DNA of 64,000 nucleotides, from the NCBI GenBank assembly GCA_964590665.1, contig CAZPWA010000001.1, positions 12,483 through 76,482 of the forward strand, given 5' to 3'. The stretch is from Candidatus Micrarchaeota archaeon (GTDB taxonomy: Archaea > Micrarchaeota > Micrarchaeia > Anstonellales > Bilamarchaeaceae). The notes below the pieces were generated by a model that was given only the letters and a program-made list of their open reading frames with translations, ran no database searches and was not told the DNA's origin. Shown piece after piece: positions 49,048 through 57,780 of this stretch. Positions within the stretch are counted from its first letter, which is position 1. Each line of letters begins with the position of its first letter. Both the position numbers and the translations under genes were made by a program.

Positions 49048-49764
49048 ATGGCAAAACGAGGTTCAACAAATCACATGAAAAGACTTGCAACTCCAAAAGC
49101 AATCCCAATTGAAAATAAGAAGGAGAGCAAGTTCATTTCACGCGGAAGCAGTGGTCCACACTCAAGAAAGCAATCCGTCCCATTGGGCGTTCTTTTAAGA
49201 GATGTTTTAAAGATTGCAGAAACTTCTTCTGAAATAAAGAAGATTCTTTCTCAACGAAAGGTAAAGGTCGATCAAAAAGTCAGAACTGACTTTAGATTCC
49301 CTGTTGGTCTAATGGACTATCTTTCTTTTGATGGCGATTCAAGAATGTATAAGGTTATGGTTGATTCAAAAGGTCGACTTGCTCCTGTTTCTCTTGAAAA
49401 AGCTGCATCAACAAAGCTCCTTAAAGTTACCAATAAAAACGTCTTAAAAGGAGGCAAAGTTTCACTTACTTTCCATGATGGAAAAACCACTTTGGCAGAC
49501 AACAATGTCAAAGTCGGAGATTCAGTTCTCTTTTCCCTTGGCGACTCTAAACTTAAAAAAGTCTTGAAACTAGCAAACGGTTCAAGATGCTTGATTAGAG
49601 AAGGTAAGCATGCAGGTTCAATTGTCAAATTGAAGGAAATAATTCAAAGAGAAGGAGGCAAACCTTCTGAAGCAGTTGTTACTTCTGAAGATAAGAAGGA
49701 GGGCGAATTCATCACAGTCGCAAAATACTTGTTTGTTGTCGATGATGAATTTACTTTGGCATAG
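49048..49764 (+). CDS. rps4e: 30S ribosomal protein eS4
   Basis: HMKRLATP, GPH, PLGVLLRD, FPVGLMD, GKHAG. Confidence 0.96.
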   Translation: MAKRGSTNHMKRLATPKAIPIENKKESKFISRGSSGPHSRKQSVPLGVLLRDVLKIAETSSEIKKILSQRKVKVDQKVRTDFRFPVGLMDYLSFDGDSRMYKVMVDSKGRLAPVSLEKAASTKLLKVTNKNVLKGGKVSLTFHDGKTTLADNNVKVGDSVLFSLGDSKLKKVLKLANGSRCLIREGKHAGSIVKLKEIIQREGGKPSEAVVTSEDKKEGEFITVAKYLFVVDDEFTLA

Positions 49765-49774
49765 GTGAAAAAAC

Positions 49775-50305
49775 ATGACTTCACAAACTTCAACTAATCC
49801 AATGAGAGAAATTCTCATTGAAAAAGTTACTGTAAACATTGGTGTTGGTGCACCTGGGGATAGATTGGAAAATGCAAAAGAACTTTTGCGAAGATTAACC
49901 AACAATCACGAACCAGTTGAAACCAAAGCAAGAAAAAGAGATCCTGTTTTCAAGTTAAGAAAGGGTCTTCCAATTGGTGCAAAGGTCACTCTTCGTGGTC
50001 CTGATGCAAAAACCTTTTTGGAAAAAGCACTCATCGCAAAAAGAAAACTTCTCAAAGCATCAAACTTTGATCGCAAAGGCGGAAATTTCGCTTTCGGTGT
50101 TCATGAATACATCGATTTCCCTGGCGCAAAGTATGATCCAACTTTGGGTATGTTTGGTTTTGATATTTGTGTTACTCTAACTAGACGAGGAAAAAGAGTT
50201 GGTATTAGAAGATTGTCTCCAACTCGGGTAGGCAAAAGCCACAAAATCACTTCTGCCGAAGCAATCGATTTCACAAAAGAGAAATTCGGTATCAAGGTAG
50301 AGTAA
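49775..50305 (+). CDS. rpl5: 50S ribosomal protein uL5
   Basis: [38 protein letters not shown]. Confidence 0.97.
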   Translation: MTSQTSTNPMREILIEKVTVNIGVGAPGDRLENAKELLRRLTNNHEPVETKARKRDPVFKLRKGLPIGAKVTLRGPDAKTFLEKALIAKRKLLKASNFDRKGGNFAFGVHEYIDFPGAKYDPTLGMFGFDICVTLTRRGKRVGIRRLSPTRVGKSHKITSAEAIDFTKEKFGIKVE

Positions 50306-50321
50306 TTTTAAAGTGATTTTT

Positions 50322-50483
50322 ATGAAACTTCCAACTGAAGAAAAATACAAAGGAAAAGGAAAGCGGGTTTGCCGAAACTGCGGTAACTCTCGTGGTCTTA
50401 TTAGAAAATACAAACTTCTTGTTTGTCGAAGATGCTTTAGAGAAATGGCTGAAGCAATCGGATTTAGAAAATATGGAGGCTGA
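50322..50483 (+). CDS. rps14: 30S ribosomal protein uS14 (zinc-binding; 53 aa, absent from ORF track)
   Basis: Manual translation [53 protein letters not shown]. Confidence 0.96.
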   Translation: MKLPTEEKYKGKGKRVCRNCGNSRGLIRKYKLLVCRRCFREMAEAIGFRKYGG

Positions 50484-50487
50484 TGTA

Positions 50488-50871
50488 ATGACTGATCATT
50501 TAGCTAATGCATTAAACACATTAAAAACTCACGAAATGGCTGGACAAGGCGCATGCTCTGTCAAGGCAACCAAACTAATTGGCGAAGTCTTAAGAGTATT
50601 GAAAGAAAATCAATATCTCTCCCAATACAAGTTGGTTGAAGATGGAAAAGGCGGAACCTTTGAAGTTGTTTTGGATGGTAGAATAAATGACTGCGGTGTA
50701 ATTAAACCAAGAATGCCAGTTAAAAGAACTGACTGGGCAAAGAAGGAGCAGCAGTTTATTCCAGGTTTCGGAGTAGGTCTTTTGATCGTTTCAACTCCAA
50801 ATGGAATTATGACTAATTCCGATGCAGAGAAGAACCACGTAGGTGGCAGACTTCTTGCATACGTTTACTGA
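50488..50871 (+). CDS. rps8: 30S ribosomal protein uS8
   Basis: D.LANAL, GRINDCGVIKPR, LIVSTPNGIMT, GGRLLAYVY. Confidence 0.97.
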   Translation: MTDHLANALNTLKTHEMAGQGACSVKATKLIGEVLRVLKENQYLSQYKLVEDGKGGTFEVVLDGRINDCGVIKPRMPVKRTDWAKKEQQFIPGFGVGLLIVSTPNGIMTNSDAEKNHVGGRLLAYVY

Positions 50872-50881
50872 GGTTATTTCG

Positions 50882-51373
50882 ATGATGCAAGTCCCAAACG
50901 GAGTTACTGTTAAAGTCGAAGGTAAAACTCTTTCAATTAAAGGAGCAAAGGGCGAAGTCAAAAAACAAATCCCTGTTTCAGTTGCTATTGAAGCTTCAGC
51001 AAACTCAGTGAATGTTAAAAGCGAAAATCCGGCAATGGTTGGAACATTCGAAGCTCTAATCAAATCCGCATTCTTTGGCGTTACTCAAGGCTACAAATTA
51101 AACCTTAAGATGCTTCATGCACACTTTCCAATTTCCCTTGAAGTCAAAGGTTCTGATTTAACGATCAAGAACTTTTTGGGCGAAAAACAACCAAGAAAAA
51201 CTGTTTTGATTGGAAGTACCAAAGTTGAAGTTAAGGGTCAAAACGTTACAATTTCCGGTGCAGACAAAGAAGCTGTTGGTCAAACTCTTGCAAATATTAG
51301 AACTGCAATGAGAATCAAAGACAAGGATGGCCGTGTCTTCCAGGATGGAATTTACGAGGTTGCAGGTGAATAA
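50882..51373 (+). CDS. rpl6: 50S ribosomal protein uL6
   Basis: KGAKG, HAHFPI, KNFLGEK.PR, D.RVFQDGIY. Confidence 0.96.
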   Translation: MMQVPNGVTVKVEGKTLSIKGAKGEVKKQIPVSVAIEASANSVNVKSENPAMVGTFEALIKSAFFGVTQGYKLNLKMLHAHFPISLEVKGSDLTIKNFLGEKQPRKTVLIGSTKVEVKGQNVTISGADKEAVGQTLANIRTAMRIKDKDGRVFQDGIYEVAGE

Positions 51374-51375
51374 TT

Positions 51376-51729
51376 ATGGTAATTGCAAAAAAGAAAAAAC
51401 CAAAGTTCAGCCCACTCAATTTGGGTTTCTTTAAAAGTGTTAAAGCCCGTTGGAGAAGACCACGTGGAACTCACAATAAAAAGAGAATGAAGTTCAAATG
51501 GACTGGCAAAATGCCAAATGTGGGTTACAAAAACGCATCTGCAGTTCGCGGACTTCACCCAAAGGGTCATGTTGAAAAATTAGTTAGGAATATGGCAGAT
51601 TTACTATCTCTTGAAAGCGTCAAGAATACTCTAGTTCGTGTTTCTGCGAATTTGGGTGCTAAAAAGAGAAAGGAAATTGAAGCTAAGGCCAAGTCTATGA
51701 ACTTGAAAGTCGTTAATTCCAAGTTTTAG
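51376..51729 (+). CDS. rpl32e: 50S ribosomal protein eL32
   Basis: WRRPRG..NK.R, P.VGY, RGLHP.G. Confidence 0.96.
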   Translation: MVIAKKKKPKFSPLNLGFFKSVKARWRRPRGTHNKKRMKFKWTGKMPNVGYKNASAVRGLHPKGHVEKLVRNMADLLSLESVKNTLVRVSANLGAKKRKEIEAKAKSMNLKVVNSKF

Positions 51730-51738
51730 GTGTTGCTC

Positions 51739-52227
51739 ATGAGTATGGAAACAGTAAGAAGACTTGCGGCAGACATTATGAACGTCGGTCAAAATCGAGT
51801 AAGAATTTCTCCAGATGGGGCAAAAGATGCTCTTGGTGCATTAACTAGAACTGATGTTAGATCATTAATTGAAAAGGGACTAATTACAAAAGTTCCTGTT
51901 ATTGGTCGTGCAAGTTCAAGAAAAAGAAGCTCTCGTGGAAGAGGCCGGGTAAGAAATGCTCGAGTTTCTGAAAAAGAGTTGTGGATGCAAAAAATTAGAT
52001 CCCAAAGAAAGCTTTTGTTCGACCTTCTTGAAAAAGGAGTAGTTCCAAAATCTGAAAAATGGGTTCTTTATGGAAAAGTTAAAAGTGGAATCTTCAAGAA
52101 CAAGAGAGGTTTCCTTTTGTACTTAAGTGATAATAAATTGCTTCCAAAGGATTTTGTTTACGAGAAAGGGGCAAAGACTCCAGAAAAATCACAAAAGCCA
52201 AAAGCAAAAAAAGGTGAAAAGAAATGA
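51739..52227 (+). CDS. rpl19e: 50S ribosomal protein eL19
   Basis: RRLAADIM.VG..RV, TR.DVR.LI, W...IR.QR, K.G.FKN. Confidence 0.95.
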   Translation: MSMETVRRLAADIMNVGQNRVRISPDGAKDALGALTRTDVRSLIEKGLITKVPVIGRASSRKRSSRGRGRVRNARVSEKELWMQKIRSQRKLLFDLLEKGVVPKSEKWVLYGKVKSGIFKNKRGFLLYLSDNKLLPKDFVYEKGAKTPEKSQKPKAKKGEKK

Positions 52228-52721
52228 CTAGAGCAAAAAGTCCTGCATATCGCGTTCAATACCGAAGAAGATTGAGCGGAAAAACCAATTATGCAAATCG
52301 TTTGGCCCTTGTTAAAAGCGGTCAAACCAGAATGGTTATCCGAAGAAGCAATTCTCATGTGATCGTTCAGTTTGTTGATTTTGCAGAAGTTGGTGATAAA
52401 ACAATTTCTTCATACACAACTGGTCAATTAATTAAGGCACACAAATTCCCTGCAAAGAGAAATGCTTGGAGTGCTTATTTAGTTGGTCTTGTTGCAGCAC
52501 ATGCAGCAAAGAAAAAGGGAGTTAAGTCCTTTGTTTTGGATTTGGGAATGTATTCTCCATCCAAGGGTTCAACTCTTTTTGCAGCACTTAAAGGTGCACT
52601 TGATGCTGGTTTAGATGGTCCAGTTCCAGAAGAAAAAATTCCTTCTGAAAAACTTGCAAACCCACCAGAATCAATTAAGTCCAGCTTCGAGACTCTAAAG
52701 AAGAAGCTCGTTTCAGGGTGA
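52224..52721 (+). CDS. rpl18: 50S ribosomal protein uL18
   Basis: YRRRLSGKTNY..RL.L, R.VIR.SN, AYLVG, LDLG. Confidence 0.95.
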   Translation: MTRAKSPAYRVQYRRRLSGKTNYANRLALVKSGQTRMVIRRSNSHVIVQFVDFAEVGDKTISSYTTGQLIKAHKFPAKRNAWSAYLVGLVAAHAAKKKGVKSFVLDLGMYSPSKGSTLFAALKGALDAGLDGPVPEEKIPSEKLANPPESIKSSFETLKKKLVSG

Positions 52722-52726
52722 TACTT

Positions 52727-53353
52727 ATGGCAGAAAAACTAAAGAGTGTTAGCAAGGAATTCTGGGAACCAAAAACCATAATCGGTAAAAAAGTCAAGGC
52801 TGGAGAAATTACTTCTCTTGATGAAATCATTGAATCAGGAAAGCCAATTTTGGAACCTGAAATCGTTGATGTTTTACTTGGCGAATTGGAAATTGAAACC
52901 CTTCAAATTAAAAGTACACAGAGAGTAACTGATTCGGGTAAAAGAACAAAATTCCGAGTAGTTGCTGTTGTTGGCGATAAAAAAGGTCACGTTGGAATTG
53001 GTGTTGGAAAATCCGATGAACTTAAGCCTGCTCTTGATTATGCGGCAAAAGATGCTAAAAAACACATGATCTCCGTTCGATTTGGATGCGGTTCATGGGA
53101 ATGCAAGTGCCAATTCAAGCATTCTGTTCCATCAAAATCTGTTGGCAAGGAAGGAAGTACAATTATTTTCCTCAATCCTGCTCCAAGAGGTCTTGGTCTA
53201 GCATCAAATGGCGTTGTTAAAAAGGTTCTTGGCATTGCTGGCGTCAAAGATATTTGGAGCGGCATGCAAGGCGGAAAGAACATTTACAACATGGCAGTTG
53301 CCACAATTAAGGCTCTTGATGGTTTAAGCACACTTAAGCCAAGAGCTCAATGA
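52727..53353 (+). CDS. rps5: 30S ribosomal protein uS5
   Basis: WEPKT..G, EPEIVD, QRVTDSG, GCGSWEC.C, PAPRGLG. Confidence 0.97.
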   Translation: MAEKLKSVSKEFWEPKTIIGKKVKAGEITSLDEIIESGKPILEPEIVDVLLGELEIETLQIKSTQRVTDSGKRTKFRVVAVVGDKKGHVGIGVGKSDELKPALDYAAKDAKKHMISVRFGCGSWECKCQFKHSVPSKSVGKEGSTIIFLNPAPRGLGLASNGVVKKVLGIAGVKDIWSGMQGGKNIYNMAVATIKALDGLSTLKPRAQ

Positions 53354-53363
53354 GATGATTTTG

Positions 53364-53795
53364 ATGAAAATTGCAGTTGTTAGAGTAAGGGGAATTAGAA
53401 AGGTCAGACCGGAAGTAGAAAAAACCTTCGAGTATTTGAACCTTGAAAAACCAAACCACTGTGTCATTATTGATGACACTCCTATGAATATGGGTATGGT
53501 TATGATGGTCAAAGACTACGTGACTTATGGTCCAATTTCTGAAGATGTCCTCTTTTCTCTCGTTCTTAAAAAAGGCGAAAAGGGAAGCAGTCTCTTAAAA
53601 GAATCAATGGATGAGGCAGCAATAAAGAAGCTCTCAAAAGAAATCTTTTCTGGAAAGAAAGTTTCTGAATTTGCAAATTCAACCTTCAGATTAAGGCCCC
53701 CATCCAAAGGATACAAAAACACCAAGAAAACTTACCCAATGGGAGATCTTGGAAAACGGGATGAAATGGATTCCTTGATTAAGAGGATGATTTAA
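53364..53795 (+). CDS. rpl30: 50S ribosomal protein uL30
   Basis: AVVRVRG, GM...VKDYVTYG, FRLRPP.KG. Confidence 0.95.
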   Translation: MKIAVVRVRGIRKVRPEVEKTFEYLNLEKPNHCVIIDDTPMNMGMVMMVKDYVTYGPISEDVLFSLVLKKGEKGSSLLKESMDEAAIKKLSKEIFSGKKVSEFANSTFRLRPPSKGYKNTKKTYPMGDLGKRDEMDSLIKRMI

Positions 53796-53809
53796 AGAGG
53801 TTTATTCTT

Positions 53810-54250
53810 ATGAGCAGAAGAAAACAAGGTCAAAAGAAAGGCTATCTTGGCCACAGAAGCCACGGTCGTGGAAACGTAAAGAACCGAAGAGGTTCTGGTA
53901 ATCGTGGTGGTCGAGGTATGGCAGGTATCGATAAACACAAGTGGTCTTGGGCAATGAAAAATGAACCTGACTACTTTGGTAAAAATCGATTTGTCAGACC
54001 TCAGGGAACTCAAAGAGTTGTTGAAAAAATCAACCTCTATGAAATTAATCAAAGAGCTCTCAAAAACACTCTTGAAAAGAAAAACGGAAAAGCTGTTTTC
54101 ACTTTCGAGGGAAAAATTCTTGGCTCTGGTGTAATTTCAGTTCCTGTTGAAATTCATGCACACTCCTGGAGTAAAAGTGTTGAAGAAAAACTCAAGGCAG
54201 TTGGCGGAAGCATCAGCAAGATTCCAGTTTCCAAAAAATCCAATAACTAA
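53810..54250 (+). CDS. rpl15: 50S ribosomal protein uL15
   Basis: G.RSHGRG, RGSGNRGGRGMAG, KILGSG, EK....GG. Confidence 0.95.
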   Translation: MSRRKQGQKKGYLGHRSHGRGNVKNRRGSGNRGGRGMAGIDKHKWSWAMKNEPDYFGKNRFVRPQGTQRVVEKINLYEINQRALKNTLEKKNGKAVFTFEGKILGSGVISVPVEIHAHSWSKSVEEKLKAVGGSISKIPVSKKSNN

Positions 54251-54280
54251 TTTTTTTATATCTTTTTAGATTTTTATTTT
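54251..54280 (+). terminator. Oligo-T tract, probable archaeal terminator after the ribosomal protein genes
   Basis: TTTTTTTATATCTTTTTAGATTTTTATTTT directly after the rpl15 stop; new TATA (TTTATAAA) before secY. Confidence 0.45.
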
Positions 54281-54352
54281 CAATATCTTTATAAATATCA
54301 ATTGGTTTAACATTTGATAATATTTGAATTGCTTTTTTAATGGTGAATCATA

Positions 54353-55861
54353 ATGGATATATTGTCAGTTTTGCAAGGATTTTCAAAATTTTTGCCTCAA
54401 GTAAAGGCACCCGAAAAGCCTCTTGGTATTAAAGATAAATTATTCTGGACTGTAATTTCCTTAGTTGTCTTTTTCATGATGTACAATACTACTGCAATTG
54501 GTGTTCGTCATGATTTTGCCACTTTGGATTTCCTTCAAACAATTACGGCTTCTAGAATTGGTTCTCTTTTGACTGCCGGTATCGGTCCAATTGTTTTGGC
54601 CGGTATCTTTCTCCAATTATTTTCCGGTGCTGGGATAATCAAAGTTGATCTTAAGGATAAAAACGATCGACAAAAATTCCAGGATTCACAAAAAGTTCTG
54701 GCAATAATTCTTGCATTTGCTGAAGCATTGATTTTCGTTTATGGAGGGCGAACGCCTTTAGTTCCAATTTTTTCCTCAATGGGAGATGCTATTGATCCTG
54801 CAACTGGAATTGCAACTGTCGCAACTGCTCCAATTACTGCGCTTTTAGTTATTTTGCAAATTGCATTGGGTTCTATTTTGGTTCTCTACTTAGATGAACT
54901 TATGAACAAATATGGAATTGGAAGCGGAATTTCTCTCTTCATTGCAGCTGGTGTTTCTCTCACTATTTTAAGCGGGAGTGCTGAACTTTTATTTGGTTCT
55001 GCAACCAACAGCGTTTTGAAAATAGTTTCCTCCGGCGGTGCTGATGCATTACCCTCAGCGCTTTTAACTATGCTTCCGTTTTGGTTCACAATAATTGTTT
55101 TCTTAATTTGCGTCTATGCAGAATCCTTGAAAGTGGAAATCCCTCTTTCTTACGAAAGTGTTAGGGGTATGGTTCCAAAACTACCCTTAAAATTCTTCTA
55201 TGTTTCAAATATCCCAGTTATTTTTGCAAGTGCTCTGATTTTGAATGTGCAGCTTTTTGCAGGTTCTGTTTTGGTTCCAATGTATTACGAAGATGGAATT
55301 TCAAAATATGACTTTTCTGCAGGCTATTCATTTGATAAGCATGGAATTTTGCCAATTATTGCACATGTTGCACCAAACGGCGCAATTGATGATGGAATTC
55401 TTTCCTTCATTTCTCCTCCATTTGGCCGAAATATCTTCTTAAGCTTCAATCAAATAAGTCCTATCTTCCACATCCCCTTCTGGGTTCATGGTTTGATATA
55501 CGTTGTATTCCTTGCCCTTTTTGCAGTAATGTTTGGTTTGTTTTGGGTTGAAGTTGCTGGGATGGATGCAAAATCCATGAGTGGTCAATTAACCGGTTCT
55601 GGTTTCCAAATTCCTGGTTTTAGACGAGATCCAAGAATGCTTGAGCAGGTATTAAACAAAAACATTTTCCCTCTTACTGTGATTGGTTCATTCACTGTTG
55701 GCCTTTTGGCTGGTTTTGCTGATTTAACTGGTGCGCTTGGTACTGGAACTGGAATTTTGCTTACTGTGGGTATTTTACACAAGATGTATGAAGATTTGGA
55801 AAAACAAAAAATCTTTGAAATGTATCCAAGCATAACTTCCTTTATGGGAAAAAGTGAATAA
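54353..55861 (+). CDS. secY: Preprotein translocase subunit SecY
   Basis: GIGPIV, YLDEL..KYGIGSGISLFIA, YVSNIPVI, IPGFRRDP, GTGILLTV. Confidence 0.97.
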   Translation: MDILSVLQGFSKFLPQVKAPEKPLGIKDKLFWTVISLVVFFMMYNTTAIGVRHDFATLDFLQTITASRIGSLLTAGIGPIVLAGIFLQLFSGAGIIKVDLKDKNDRQKFQDSQKVLAIILAFAEALIFVYGGRTPLVPIFSSMGDAIDPATGIATVATAPITALLVILQIALGSILVLYLDELMNKYGIGSGISLFIAAGVSLTILSGSAELLFGSATNSVLKIVSSGGADALPSALLTMLPFWFTIIVFLICVYAESLKVEIPLSYESVRGMVPKLPLKFFYVSNIPVIFASALILNVQLFAGSVLVPMYYEDGISKYDFSAGYSFDKHGILPIIAHVAPNGAIDDGILSFISPPFGRNIFLSFNQISPIFHIPFWVHGLIYVVFLALFAVMFGLFWVEVAGMDAKSMSGQLTGSGFQIPGFRRDPRMLEQVLNKNIFPLTVIGSFTVGLLAGFADLTGALGTGTGILLTVGILHKMYEDLEKQKIFEMYPSITSFMGKSE

Positions 55862-55896
55862 TTTTTTATTTTTATTAATTTCTTTTTGTGGGAAAC

Positions 55897-57189
55897 ATGA
55901 AAAAAGTATATATTGAAACTTATGGTTGCACTCTAAATTCTGCTGATAGTGATATTCTAAGTGCAATTCTAAAAGAAAAAAATTATGAAATAGTTGATGA
56001 TGCGTCTTCTTCTGATGTGGTCGTTGTAAACACATGCACTGTTAAAGGCACAACTGAAAATAAAATTCGTGAAAGAGTTAGGTCCTTAGTTGGTTCTGAT
56101 AAACCACTTGTGATTGCCGGATGCATGAGCGCAAATGAAAAGCGAATAAGGAAGTTTGCGCCAAATTCCCCTATTTTAGGAACTTCTTCCCTTTCCTCAA
56201 TTGTTGATGCTGTTGAAAGTGCATACAAAAAAGAAAAACCAAAATTCTATGGTTCTTTTGAAAGCAAAGATGCACTTCCAAAAATCATATCTGCTCCAAT
56301 TATGCGCATCCCAATTAATGATGGCTGCACTTCTTCATGTAATTTTTGCCAAACTAAACTTGCCCGTCCTTTTTTACGTTCATACACTCCAAAAACAATT
56401 GTCAAATGGATTCATGAGGCAGTAAATTCCGGCGCACGCGAAATTCAATTAACTTCCATGGATAGCGGCGCTTATGGTTTAGATATCAAAACAAATCTTC
56501 CTTCTCTTCTTGATAAAATTGCAAATGATGATAGTGATGAAGCTCCAACTTCAACAAATTATTTGGTTCGACTTGGTATGATAAACCCAAATCACGCAAA
56601 AAGGATGGTTCGTGAACTTTCAAAATTCCTAAATCATTTTCGTTTTTACAAATTTTTGCATCTTCCTCTTCAAAGTGGCTCTGAAAAAGTGTGCAAAGAA
56701 ATGAATCGTGATCACTCTGTTGAAGATTATCTAAAAATCGCACAAAGCCTTTATGATTCTGTGGATTCTTTTACTTTATCGACCGATATAATTGTTGGTT
56801 ATCCAACTGAATCCGACTCGGATTTTGAAGATACTTTAAAAGCAATTGAAAAAACAAAACCTTCAATTGTAAATGTTTCTCGCTTTAGTCCAAGACCAGG
56901 AACAAAAGCAAAAGAACTTCCTCCTCTTCCAAATGAACTTGTCAAAGAAAGAGTTGCAACTCTCAATTCTCTTCTCAAACCTATTTTGGAAGAAAATAGG
57001 CGAAAATTTGTCGGAAAAACCTATCCTGTTTTAGTTACTGAAAAATCAAAAGATTATAAAGGCCGTTTGCCTAATTATCTTCAAGTCGTTTTAAAAGACT
57101 TCAATGGTGAATTGGGAACTTTTGTCAAAGCAAAAATCGTTGATTCTAGTCACAATTCTCTTTTTGGAGAAATCATTAATGGTGAATAA
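55897..57189 (+). CDS. tRNA methylthiotransferase, MiaB family (archaeal MtaB/CDKAL1-like)
   Basis: ETYGCTLN, NTCTVK, AGC, GCTSSCNFC radical SAM motif, QSGS, TDIIVGYP, TRAM-like C-terminus. Confidence 0.9.
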   Translation: MKKVYIETYGCTLNSADSDILSAILKEKNYEIVDDASSSDVVVVNTCTVKGTTENKIRERVRSLVGSDKPLVIAGCMSANEKRIRKFAPNSPILGTSSLSSIVDAVESAYKKEKPKFYGSFESKDALPKIISAPIMRIPINDGCTSSCNFCQTKLARPFLRSYTPKTIVKWIHEAVNSGAREIQLTSMDSGAYGLDIKTNLPSLLDKIANDDSDEAPTSTNYLVRLGMINPNHAKRMVRELSKFLNHFRFYKFLHLPLQSGSEKVCKEMNRDHSVEDYLKIAQSLYDSVDSFTLSTDIIVGYPTESDSDFEDTLKAIEKTKPSIVNVSRFSPRPGTKAKELPPLPNELVKERVATLNSLLKPILEENRRKFVGKTYPVLVTEKSKDYKGRLPNYLQVVLKDFNGELGTFVKAKIVDSSHNSLFGEIINGE

Positions 57190-57720
57190 ATGATTATTCT
57201 GATGGGCCTTCCTGGAGCTGGAAAATCTACTGTTTTAAAATCTCTCAAAACTGATTATCAAATTCTTAATTGGGGAGACTTGATGTTTGAAATCGAGAAA
57301 AAGGAATTTGGCATTCAAAATCGGGATGAAATGCGAAAAATTCCAATTGAAAAACAAAAATGGGTTCAGGAGATGGTTGCAAAATCTCTTTCCAAAATGA
57401 GTGGAAAAATACTTTTGGATACTCACTGCTCTGTTTCAACTCCAAATGGTTTTTTCCCCGGCTTGCCCTATAATTTACTTAAAGAACTTAATGTTGATGC
57501 ATTAGTTCTTCTTACTGCAAATCCTTCTGAAATTGCAAAAAGGCGTGCAAATGATCCATCTCGAAAAAGAGATTCTGATGATGTTGCATTGCACGATCAG
57601 ATGAATCGATCCTTTTTAGCTGCATACTCTGCATTTAGTGGTGCCCCTGCCGTTGTTATTGAAAATAATGAAGGAAAACTATCTGATGCAGTTGCAAAAT
57701 TACAATCTCTTTTGAAATAA
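57190..57720 (+). CDS. adkA: Adenylate kinase (archaeal type)
   Basis: GLPGAGKST, NWGDLM, RDEMRK, DTH...TP.G..PGLP, RR..D.SR.RD. Confidence 0.94.
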   Translation: MIILMGLPGAGKSTVLKSLKTDYQILNWGDLMFEIEKKEFGIQNRDEMRKIPIEKQKWVQEMVAKSLSKMSGKILLDTHCSVSTPNGFFPGLPYNLLKELNVDALVLLTANPSEIAKRRANDPSRKRDSDDVALHDQMNRSFLAAYSAFSGAPAVVIENNEGKLSDAVAKLQSLLK

Positions 57721-57780
57721 TTTTTCAACCTTTCTCCCCACATATTTTCTCTTTAAAAACCTTTTTTCTGATTTATGCAA

